Below, one piece after another: positions 1 to 6,835 of a DNA stretch of 12,353 nucleotides. The stretch's first letter is position 1. Each line of letters begins with the position of its first letter. The position numbers and the translations under genes were made by a program. This DNA comes from an uncultured bacterium (lineage in GTDB: Bacteria > SAR324 > NAC60-12): the NCBI GenBank assembly GCA_965662235.1, contig CBFIGY010000052.1:1-12353 (forward strand), written 5' to 3'. Under the pieces are notes generated by a model, which did not search any database, had not been told where the DNA came from, and saw only the letters and a program-made list of their open reading frames with translations.

Positions 1-2
1 AG

Positions 3-74
3 ATTCCGTTGATCCGGGAGACGTTTGTTGGGTTTCAGCGGGAGTTGTACTTAAGAGAAGAAATGAAGTGGTAA
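3..74 (+). CDS. Possible 3' end of a convergent gene entering from the left edge (…IPLIRETFVGFQRELYLREEMKW*)
   Basis: Frame 3 is open from the window edge to TAA at 72-74, with protein-like composition and mostly G/C-ending codons. Too short to identify. Confidence 0.3.
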   Translation: MPLIRETFVGFQRELYLREEMKW

Positions 75-157
75 CCACCACTTGGGGAGCCATGCCTTCA
101 CCCTCTCATTCTGCGAGCGCCTCAAACCACCGGCTCTGCGTGAAGTCGGAGGGGGTG

Positions 158-679
158 CTACTCTTCCTTGACGGAGCAGTCGGCGCGTTTTTGCTGGGCT
201 TCGAGGATGGTTTGCTGAATGCGGGGGTCGCGTTGGAGGGTCTCGATGATCTGCTCAAGGTTGCGGTACTCTAGGTACCGACAGAAGATCGAGAGGTAGA
301 GGCGGTTGATGCGCTGCTCCGGATAAGGCTCCACACCGGTTTCCACCTCAACGATCCGGCGGGCCAGGTAAGGAATCAGCCAAGGCTGCGTCTCAATTTT
401 CCTCCGGAAGCTGCCAAAAATTTCCTGATTGAAGACCTCAATCAGGGCCGTGGAGAACTCATCGTTTAGGTCTTCCGGGGAGATGCCATAGTGCTCGCTG
501 ACCCGGGCCTTGAGGTGCTCTAACATTCGCCCCTGCAGCATGTTGGTCAGCAAGTGTCCCACAGGACACGTGGAGTCAATCTCCTCGGGTGGATCGTCCT
601 CCATTGCAGAGAGACAATCGCACATCACCCGCGTGTACGGGCTGAGTTCCGGCATGTTGGATGGCCAAAGCCGAGACAC
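158..679 (-). CDS. Hypothetical protein, predicted mostly helical and acidic (173 aa from GTG 679, or 165 aa from ATG 655)
   Basis: Co-oriented with neighbours and fills the gap. GAGG lies 5 nt before GTG 679, and a promoter candidate lies upstream. No family motif recognised. Confidence 0.75.
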   Translation of the reverse strand: MSRLWPSNMPELSPYTRVMCDCLSAMEDDPPEEIDSTCPVGHLLTNMLQGRMLEHLKARVSEHYGISPEDLNDEFSTALIEVFNQEIFGSFRRKIETQPWLIPYLARRIVEVETGVEPYPEQRINRLYLSIFCRYLEYRNLEQIIETLQRDPRIQQTILEAQQKRADCSVKEE

Positions 680-748
680 AGATGCCTCGGGATTGAGTCA
701 GAAAGGGCGAACCGTTTACGAGTTCCCTTTTTAACAAATTTGTCCAGA

Positions 749-778
749 AATCTACAAGATTTTCCGTCTCATTGTCAA
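749..778 (-). promoter_or_regulatory. Sigma70-type promoter for the hypothetical gene
   Basis: Minus strand reads TTGACA (778-773), 18 nt spacer, TAGATT (754-749), in an AT-rich intergenic stretch. Confidence 0.6.
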
Positions 779-798
779 CGAGATGACTCAAGCAGAGT

Positions 799-1602
799 TC
801 ATGCCGCTTTCAGTTCCGGGAACGCGGATTCCTGTTTCTGGATCTGAGCCAACTCGTCCGAGTCCCACGGGCGACGCTCCCACTGCACGGCAAACGCCTC
901 CGCCAGGCTACTGAGCAGGAGGCCTCGGATGGAGGCTTCCGGGTGCATCCGCAGCCCTCCACAGGTCTCAAGGGAGTGCATTTCCTCCCGAAGCTGCGCC
1001 TCGGAGGCATGAGGAAAGATCTGGTGAAGCAGGGGGACCGAGTCGGTCAGAGGCAAGGAGCCGTGCTGCAGGAAGACCCGCTGAGGACCGCCTTCCGTCC
1101 GGACGGAACGGACGCGCTGGGCGTTGCCGATGAGCTTACGTCCGTCCACCAAAATCTCATAGGCCGCAGGGTCGGTGAAGCAGATGTGCGCATCGCTGTC
1201 CTTGCTGAGCCGCTCCCCCTGCAGCTCCGGCTGAAGCCCCAGGGCCTGAAAGAAGCGTAGGAAGCCCTGGGCAAGGAAGCGGTAGTTGTCCAAAACCCCG
1301 CCCGCAAACTCCGGATGCAGCACCGCGCCACTGACCGAGTAGGTCAGGTCAAAACCGTGCAGCACGGCTTTTCCTCCGGTGGTCCGGCGGATGACCGGGA
1401 TGCCCAGTTGCTGCAGACGCTGGGGATCCAGCAGGTCGTCCAGCGCCTCGTTTCGGCCAATGGAGAGGGTGGGCTGCTGCCAGGAGTACAGGCGCAGGGT
1501 CGGCAGGGTTTCAGGCGTGCAGGCTTCCAGCAGCACCTGATCGGCTGCCATGTTGAAGGGGCCTGATCGCGGCCCGTCTTCAATCAGTCGCCACTTCCGC
1601 AC
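799..1602 (-). CDS. lipM: Lipoate-protein ligase A family protein, single-domain LipM-like octanoyltransferase
   Basis: Motifs GPFNMAADQVLL, LRLYSWQQPTLSIGR, RRTTGGKAVLH, ICFTDPAAYEI (Cys as in LipM), GRKLIGNAQR and QHGSL. 267 aa, with no LplA C-terminal domain. Confidence 0.85.
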   Translation of the reverse strand: MRKWRLIEDGPRSGPFNMAADQVLLEACTPETLPTLRLYSWQQPTLSIGRNEALDDLLDPQRLQQLGIPVIRRTTGGKAVLHGFDLTYSVSGAVLHPEFAGGVLDNYRFLAQGFLRFFQALGLQPELQGERLSKDSDAHICFTDPAAYEILVDGRKLIGNAQRVRSVRTEGGPQRVFLQHGSLPLTDSVPLLHQIFPHASEAQLREEMHSLETCGGLRMHPEASIRGLLLSSLAEAFAVQWERRPWDSDELAQIQKQESAFPELKAA

Positions 1603-1608
1603 AGTCGG

Positions 1609-1971
1609 TCAACTCTGGTTGCCGCCCCCGCCCCCCGGAAAGCCTCCCGGGAAGAAGTTCTGCAGGTTCAGACCACCAGTCATGTTGCCAAACTGCTGCC
1701 CCAGCATGCTCTTCATGCGCTCCTGAGCCTGGCGGATGCCTTCGTTTGCCGCCGAGCGGATCAGGTCCTGAAGCGTCTCCACATCATTGGGGTCCACCAC
1801 CTCCGGATCAATGGCCACCGCCAGCAGCTCCATCTTTCCATTGAAGGTCATCTTGACCATCTCGCCGCCCACCGACACCTCAAAGGTCTCCTGCGCCAGC
1901 TCTTCCTGCTTCTGCTGCATGGAAGAAGAAAGCTCTTGGGCTTTTTTCATCAACTCGTTCATGTCAAACAT
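1609..1971 (-). CDS. ybaB: YbaB/EbfC family nucleoid-associated protein
   Basis: MNELMKKAQEL…VSVGGEMVKMTFNGK…IDPEVVDPNDVETLQDLIRSAANE pattern. GAGGAG RBS. Directly downstream of dnaX. Confidence 0.95.
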   Translation of the reverse strand: MFDMNELMKKAQELSSSMQQKQEELAQETFEVSVGGEMVKMTFNGKMELLAVAIDPEVVDPNDVETLQDLIRSAANEGIRQAQERMKSMLGQQFGNMTGGLNLQNFFPGGFPGGGGGNQS

Positions 1972-2006
1972 GGCAACTCCTCAAGGCAAAGAAAAAGATA
2001 GGGAGG

Positions 2007-3938
2007 CTACGTGAGCCGGACGGTAAAATGACTTCCGGGAAACACCTTCAACAGCGTCTGGACCAAAGGCAAGTTTTCTGCGTCACGACGCTTGCGATCC
2101 TGCTCCTCACGCTCCAGAAACTGCTGCTGCTCACTCAGGGTCCGCCACGACGACGGCTGCGCCTGCTGCACCAGAGACACCGGACGAGAAAGGAAGGTGC
2201 TGGCGACCTCGGTCAGCGTCGTGAGGTGCTGAGCGGTGAGCATCTGCTCCAACCCCGGCTGACGAAACGCTAGGTGCAGCACCCCGCCTTCCAGCGCATC
2301 AGGCAACGCGTTCCGGAGCATTCCTCCCAAGCGAGAGGAGTGTCGCCCCACTTCCTCGACAAACCGAATCCAGAGGTCTGGAGGCGGTTCCGTAGGGGCC
2401 TCAGGTTCCAAACCGGTGGGCGCAGACGCAACCGGCACGGAAGCCGGAGCCGCAGCGGCAGAGACCTCAGGGGAGGACGGTGCAGACTCGGCAACCGATT
2501 CCGTCACCCCAGGCTCCGGAGCAGCAACCGGTGCGGAAACCGGAGCCGCGGCGGCAGGAGGCACTTCTGGAACCGCCGGAACCGACGCGGGCACGGAAGC
2601 GGCCGTTGACGGAGCCTCTGCCACACGTGCCGAAGACTCGCCTTTGAGCACCGACGTAATGGACCGGGCAGGGGAAACGGAGGCGCTGGACGCCGCCGGA
2701 GCCGCTGAAGGAGGCGGTCCCGGAGGTGGACCTGAAGGCGTCGGGGGACGGGGCGGACCTGTCGCCGGGCTTCCTGAGGCAGAGGGGCCCCCCGGTTGTG
2801 CCGGGAGCGCCTGCACCTGACGGATCAGTTCCGGAATGCCAATGAGCGGGTGCACCGAAGCCAGCTGCAGAATCGCCATCTCAAAGCAGATCCGGGCGTA
2901 AGCGCTGCGCTTCATGCGTTCCTCCAGCTCCAGGAGGATCTGAAACATCTGCTGCAGTTCGTCAGCAGAAGCCTGAGTCCCCAACTCCGCCAACGCGTCG
3001 CGTTCCTCTGTGGGCAGGTGCTCAAACAGCCCAGGGTCCGGCCCCAGGGTTTGCAGGAGGGAAATGGTCTTGACCGCGTCCAGCAGCTCTGCCAGGAGGT
3101 CGTGCAGGTCGTGCCCACGGGCCTGAATGTCCTGGAACACCCGCATCGCCTCAGCGGTGTTCTTGCCCATGAGGGCGCTGAGCAACGACAGCCGGCCCTG
3201 CGAGTCCATCAGTCCCAACGCCTGGGCCACCTCTTCTTCTGAAGCCGAGGTGCCGACGGAGCTGAGCACCTGATCAATCGCCGTCAGCGCATCCCGCATG
3301 CCTCCCACCGAGTGCCGGGCAATGAGCTCCAGGGACTTCCGGGGCAGGTCAATGCCTTCGTTGTGCACCACGCCTTCCAGGTAGTCTGCCATCTTCTGCA
3401 CCGGAATGCGCAGGAAGTCATACCGCTGGCAGCGTGAAACAATGGTCTGCGGCACCTTGTGGGGATCCGTGGTGGCAAGGATGAACTTGACGTGCGGCGG
3501 GGGCTCTTCCAGGGTCTTGAGCAGCGCATTGAACGACTCCAGCGTCAGCATGTGCGCTTCGTCGATGATGTACACCTTGTACCGGCACCGGGCGGGGGTG
3601 TAGTTGACGTTCTCCCGCAGCTCCCGGATGTTCTCAATGCCCCGGTTGGAGGCCGCATCAATCTCAAAGACATCCGAAGAGGCGTTGGAGGCAATCTCCC
3701 GGCAGTTGTCGCACCGTCCGCAGGGATCACCGTCTTCCGGATCCAGGCAGTTGAGGGCTCGGGTGAGGATGCGGGCAGCGCTGGTTTTTCCCGTTCCACG
3801 GGAACCGCAGAAGAGAAAGGCGTGGGCCACGCGGTCGTTCAGCAACGCGTTACGGAGGATCCGGGCCGTTGTCTCTTGGCCAATCAGATCAGCAAAGCGG
3901 GCTGGACGCAGCTTGCGCGCCAGGACGACGTAGGTCAT
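2007..3938 (-). CDS. dnaX: DNA polymerase III subunit gamma/tau (643 aa from ATG 3938)
   Basis: N-terminus MTYVVLARKLRP, Walker A GSRGTGKTS, Zn module C…CGRCDNC, EIDAASNRG, Walker B IIDEAHML, FNALLKTLEEPP, SRC motif, then a Pro/Ala-rich linker and C-terminal domain. The ORF-track start at 3974 falls inside the SRP RNA. Confidence 0.97.
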   Translation of the reverse strand: MTYVVLARKLRPARFADLIGQETTARILRNALLNDRVAHAFLFCGSRGTGKTSAARILTRALNCLDPEDGDPCGRCDNCREIASNASSDVFEIDAASNRGIENIRELRENVNYTPARCRYKVYIIDEAHMLTLESFNALLKTLEEPPPHVKFILATTDPHKVPQTIVSRCQRYDFLRIPVQKMADYLEGVVHNEGIDLPRKSLELIARHSVGGMRDALTAIDQVLSSVGTSASEEEVAQALGLMDSQGRLSLLSALMGKNTAEAMRVFQDIQARGHDLHDLLAELLDAVKTISLLQTLGPDPGLFEHLPTEERDALAELGTQASADELQQMFQILLELEERMKRSAYARICFEMAILQLASVHPLIGIPELIRQVQALPAQPGGPSASGSPATGPPRPPTPSGPPPGPPPSAAPAASSASVSPARSITSVLKGESSARVAEAPSTAASVPASVPAVPEVPPAAAAPVSAPVAAPEPGVTESVAESAPSSPEVSAAAAPASVPVASAPTGLEPEAPTEPPPDLWIRFVEEVGRHSSRLGGMLRNALPDALEGGVLHLAFRQPGLEQMLTAQHLTTLTEVASTFLSRPVSLVQQAQPSSWRTLSEQQQFLEREEQDRKRRDAENLPLVQTLLKVFPGSHFTVRLT

Positions 3939-3955
3939 GTGGGGAGTTTCTGGGA

Positions 3956-4048
3956 GACCGGGAGGTTGCGGCACATCTCCAAAATCTTAGTGCTGCTTCC
4001 GCTAGGACCTGACACGGTTCGAAATCTTCAATTGCGCAATTCCCGGCC
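3956..4048 (-). ncRNA. ffs: Signal recognition particle RNA, small bacterial type (4.5S)
   Basis: Minus strand has the helix-8 signature GAACCGTGTCAGGTCC-TAGC-GGAAGCAGCACTAAG. The ends pair (GGCCGGGAATTGCG … CGCAACCTCCCGGTC). Position just upstream of dnaX is common for ffs. Confidence 0.93.
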
Positions 4049-4136
4049 ATCAGGACAGAGCAGGCAGTCACCGGCTCTGCAAGGATCGGCTTCCGACCTC
4101 AAAGAAACGGGCTTCCTTTGAGAGGATTGACCAACA

Positions 4137-4165
4137 AGTATCCGTGGGACGCGTGGGCATTGCAA
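4137..4165 (-). promoter_or_regulatory. Sigma70-type promoter upstream of ffs-dnaX
   Basis: Minus strand reads TTGCAA (4165-4160), 17 nt spacer, GATACT (4142-4137), between the LysR stop and ffs. Confidence 0.55.
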
Positions 4166-4187
4166 GCGGAATCCACGGTTCCTGGCG

Positions 4188-5078
4188 TCAGCCGCGCTCC
4201 CGGATCATCTCCTCCATGACGGTGAGGAAGTGGTGGGCGGCAATGGAGGGCTTGCGTCGCTTGGAGTGCATGATGCCAATCTTCATGCAAAAATCGACTT
4301 CCACCGGCCGGAAGACCAGCCCTGCGATGGCACTCTCGCCAAACTGGTCAAAGGGGAAAACCAGGGAAATGCCGGCACCGTGCTTGACGTACTGGTAGAT
4401 GTCGGAGGTTGACCGGGCGGACAGCTTGAAGCGGCACTTGATGCGGTTCTTCTCCAAAAGCTCTTCCACCTGGTGCCGAACGTAGGTGCCCAGCGGGAAG
4501 GTCACAAAGCTCTCGTCGCTGAGGTCCTCCAGCACAAGCCGCTCCTTTTGGGCCAGCCGGTGGTGCTCTGGCATCACACACATCATGCTGACGTCAAAGG
4601 TCAGGCCCACCTGAATCTCGTTGCTGTCAATCGGCAGGTTCGCAATGCCAATGTCAAACTGCTTGGAGTGGATCCAGTCCACCACGACCGTCCGGGGGTG
4701 GCTTTCAATTTCCACATTGATGTCAGGAAACTGTTCCCAGAAGCGCTCCATGACGGTGGGAAGCATCAGGTGCGTGACCCCCGGCATGGCAATGATCCGC
4801 AGAACCCCGCGACGCAGTTCCCGGATGGAAGCGGCTGTCTGGGCAAGTTCCCGCAACCCGAGGAAGGACTTCTCCACCTCCTCATACAGCAGCTGCCCTT
4901 CCATGGTGGGGTTCAGGCCATTCTTCCGGCGCTCAAAGAGCTTGAAGCCCACCTCCTGCTCCAGCTCAAGAATCAGGCGACTGACCGCCGGTTGTGTGAT
5001 GTAGAGCAGCTTCCCCGCTAGGGTCATGCTCCCGGTTTTCATGACGGCGTCAAACGCCTCCATCTGACGGAAATTCAT
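4188..5078 (-). CDS. LysR family transcriptional regulator, OccR/NocR (opine-responsive)-like
   Basis: N-terminal HTH MNFRQMEAFDAVMKTGSMT…TQPAVSRLILELEQEVGFKLFER and G-x-LRIIAMP. 296 aa. Resemblance to OccR is recalled, not computed. Confidence 0.92.
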   Translation of the reverse strand: MNFRQMEAFDAVMKTGSMTLAGKLLYITQPAVSRLILELEQEVGFKLFERRKNGLNPTMEGQLLYEEVEKSFLGLRELAQTAASIRELRRGVLRIIAMPGVTHLMLPTVMERFWEQFPDINVEIESHPRTVVVDWIHSKQFDIGIANLPIDSNEIQVGLTFDVSMMCVMPEHHRLAQKERLVLEDLSDESFVTFPLGTYVRHQVEELLEKNRIKCRFKLSARSTSDIYQYVKHGAGISLVFPFDQFGESAIAGLVFRPVEVDFCMKIGIMHSKRRKPSIAAHHFLTVMEEMIRERG

Positions 5079-5136
5079 CGGATCGACCTGAACAGCAAGA
5101 GCCCGGGCCGCCCGTTGAGCCTCCAGGAGGTCCCGG

Positions 5137-6543
5137 TCATTCCACTCCAGCCAGTTGAGCCAGAGTTACCGGTTTGATGGGGGAGCGAATGCGGAAGTAC
5201 CCCACGTCTTCCGGAGACAGGCCCCGTTCGTCCGCAATCACCTCAGAAACCGTCAGGCCGCACATCCGTGCCTGACACGGGCCCATGCCGCAGCGAATCA
5301 TCGACTTGACCCGGTCTGGGCCCTGAACCCCATGCTGCACCACCTCCCGGAGGTCCCGCACTCGAACCTCCTCACAGCGACACACCACGGTGTCTTCGTT
5401 TTCCGGCACCAGCCAGGGAGATGCCGGGGCAAAGAGCAGGTCGAGGAACGGGCGCACGGCCTTCTGCTTGGCCAGCTTGGCCTGTAGTGGGGCGGCCGCT
5501 TGATCACGCTGCTCCGGCGTGAGCTTCCCAAGCGCCCGGGCGGTTTCCAGAGCCGCTAGGTGCCCTGAGAGTTCCGAGACCGCTGCTCCACACACCCGTC
5601 CACAGTCTCCGGCCACCGCAACGTTGTCAAGAGTGGTGTTGCCCCAGTCGTCCAAAATGGGCTCCCAGTAGCGTTGTGGCTCGTACCAACGGTGCTCACA
5701 GCCCAACTGCCGAGTGATCTGGACATTTGGCACCACGCCATGGTGCAGCAGGAAGAGGTCGGCCGGCACCTCGTGCCACTGCCCTTCCTTACGGAACCGG
5801 ACCGCTTGCACCTGCTCGGTGCCCACAGCTTCTAGGCCATCGACACCGGAATGCACCGGAATGCCAGAGGTGTAAAGCTTCCACAGCATCCCTGCCCCTT
5901 TGGTCAGGTACCCTGCAGCCTGCAGCGCTTCCGGAAACCGCGGAAGGGCCTTGAGCAGCGCTCCGCTGGGACTGGTGTCCAGAAAGGCTCCAATCGAGAC
6001 TCCGGCGTCTAGGAGTCGGCAGGCAATGAGCAGCAGCAGCGGACCACTGCCCGCGAGCACCACCTGTCCGTTGGGCAGCAGCCCCGAGCTCTTGTACAGC
6101 ACATCGGCGGCAGTGCAGGCCATCACCCCCGGTAGGGTCCAGCCCGGAAGCGGCATCGGACGTTCCATGGCCCCAATGGCGACCAGCAGACGCTTCGCCC
6201 GGCATCCGGACGGAACAGCGGTTCCCGAATCCACCAACCCCAGGTGCCGGATGGTGAGGTCCGGATCAATCTGCCAAACCGACCGGCCACTCAGGTACTC
6301 GGCGCCACACTGACGGAAAGCCCGGACCAGCTCACTCGCCGTTTGGTACTCGGGTCCCAGCTTGCGAAACTCCTCTGGGCGGTCGGACTCGAGGTTTTCG
6401 AGGTTCCGGAAGATCTGCCCTCCCACAGCAGGTTGCTCGTCCAGAACCAGGACCGACAGTCCCTGACGTCGTGCCGTGACCGCAGCCGCCATGCCGGCGG
6501 GTCCCGAGCCGATGATGACGTAATCGTATTCCGGATAAGGCAT
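5137..6543 (-). CDS. FAD/NAD(P)-binding oxidoreductase with C-terminal BFD-like Fe-S domain; opine dehydrogenase alpha subunit-like (OoxA/OdhA/HcnB family)
   Basis: VIIGSGPAG, DEQPAVGGQI, GAMERPMPLPGWTLPGVM, LAGSGPLL, AGD, and C-terminal CRCEEV…RCGMGPCQARMCG. ATG 6543 with GGAGAG RBS is preferred over TTG 6555. Confidence 0.9.
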   Translation of the reverse strand: MPYPEYDYVIIGSGPAGMAAAVTARRQGLSVLVLDEQPAVGGQIFRNLENLESDRPEEFRKLGPEYQTASELVRAFRQCGAEYLSGRSVWQIDPDLTIRHLGLVDSGTAVPSGCRAKRLLVAIGAMERPMPLPGWTLPGVMACTAADVLYKSSGLLPNGQVVLAGSGPLLLLIACRLLDAGVSIGAFLDTSPSGALLKALPRFPEALQAAGYLTKGAGMLWKLYTSGIPVHSGVDGLEAVGTEQVQAVRFRKEGQWHEVPADLFLLHHGVVPNVQITRQLGCEHRWYEPQRYWEPILDDWGNTTLDNVAVAGDCGRVCGAAVSELSGHLAALETARALGKLTPEQRDQAAAPLQAKLAKQKAVRPFLDLLFAPASPWLVPENEDTVVCRCEEVRVRDLREVVQHGVQGPDRVKSMIRCGMGPCQARMCGLTVSEVIADERGLSPEDVGYFRIRSPIKPVTLAQLAGVE

Positions 6544-6544
6544 G

Positions 6545-6835
6545 TCACTCTCCAAAGGGACGGGATTGTCGTTTGATCTGCATGCCCTCGCGGATCAGGA
6601 CCATGCAGGCCTGCTGGTTCGGGTGCCCGTCAATCTCCACCAGGCACTCAAAGCACACCCCCATCATGCAGTACGCGGCCCGGGGCGAGCCGCTGACCAG
6701 GGATTCCCGGAAGGTCAGGTACCCGGCGCCCATCAGCGCCGCTGCCACCGTCTGTCCGGCCGCGGCCTCGCAGGCCACCTCTTCAAAGGTGAAGTGGACA
6801 GAAGGCGCATGCGCCTCACGCGGCTTTTGGAACAT
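6545..6835 (-). CDS. [2Fe-2S] ferredoxin-like subunit (OdhC/HcnA family)
   Basis: GQTVAAALM, then SGSPRAAYCMMGVCFECLVEIDG…QACM (four Cys). ATG 6835 has an AGGAGG RBS and overlaps the upstream gene by 20 nt. Confidence 0.9.
   Translation of the reverse strand: MFQKPREAHAPSVHFTFEEVACEAAAGQTVAAALMGAGYLTFRESLVSGSPRAAYCMMGVCFECLVEIDGHPNQQACMVLIREGMQIKRQSRPFGE

Noticed and set aside
1..93. Minus-strand ORF from ATG 93 running off the left edge (MAPQVVVTTSFLLLS…)
   Set aside because: Mostly A/T-ending codons, unlike the real genes here. The plus-strand frame looks more coding.
2787..2793. G-GGG-GGC run just after DnaX domain III as a frameshift site
   Set aside because: Not an A/U-type slippery heptamer and there is no nearby stop in the shifted frames. 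It is explained by Pro-Gly-Gly codons.
3939..3974. 12 aa N-terminal extension of DnaX from GTG 3974
   Set aside because: It lies within the SRP RNA 3' strand, and DnaX homologues begin at the M-x-Y-x-VLARK motif (ATG 3938).
4049..4187. tRNA gene (tRNA-Ser often precedes ffs) or an integration scar
   Set aside because: No T-loop GTTCRA in a cloverleaf context, no acceptor stem, and no integrase or att-like repeat in the window.
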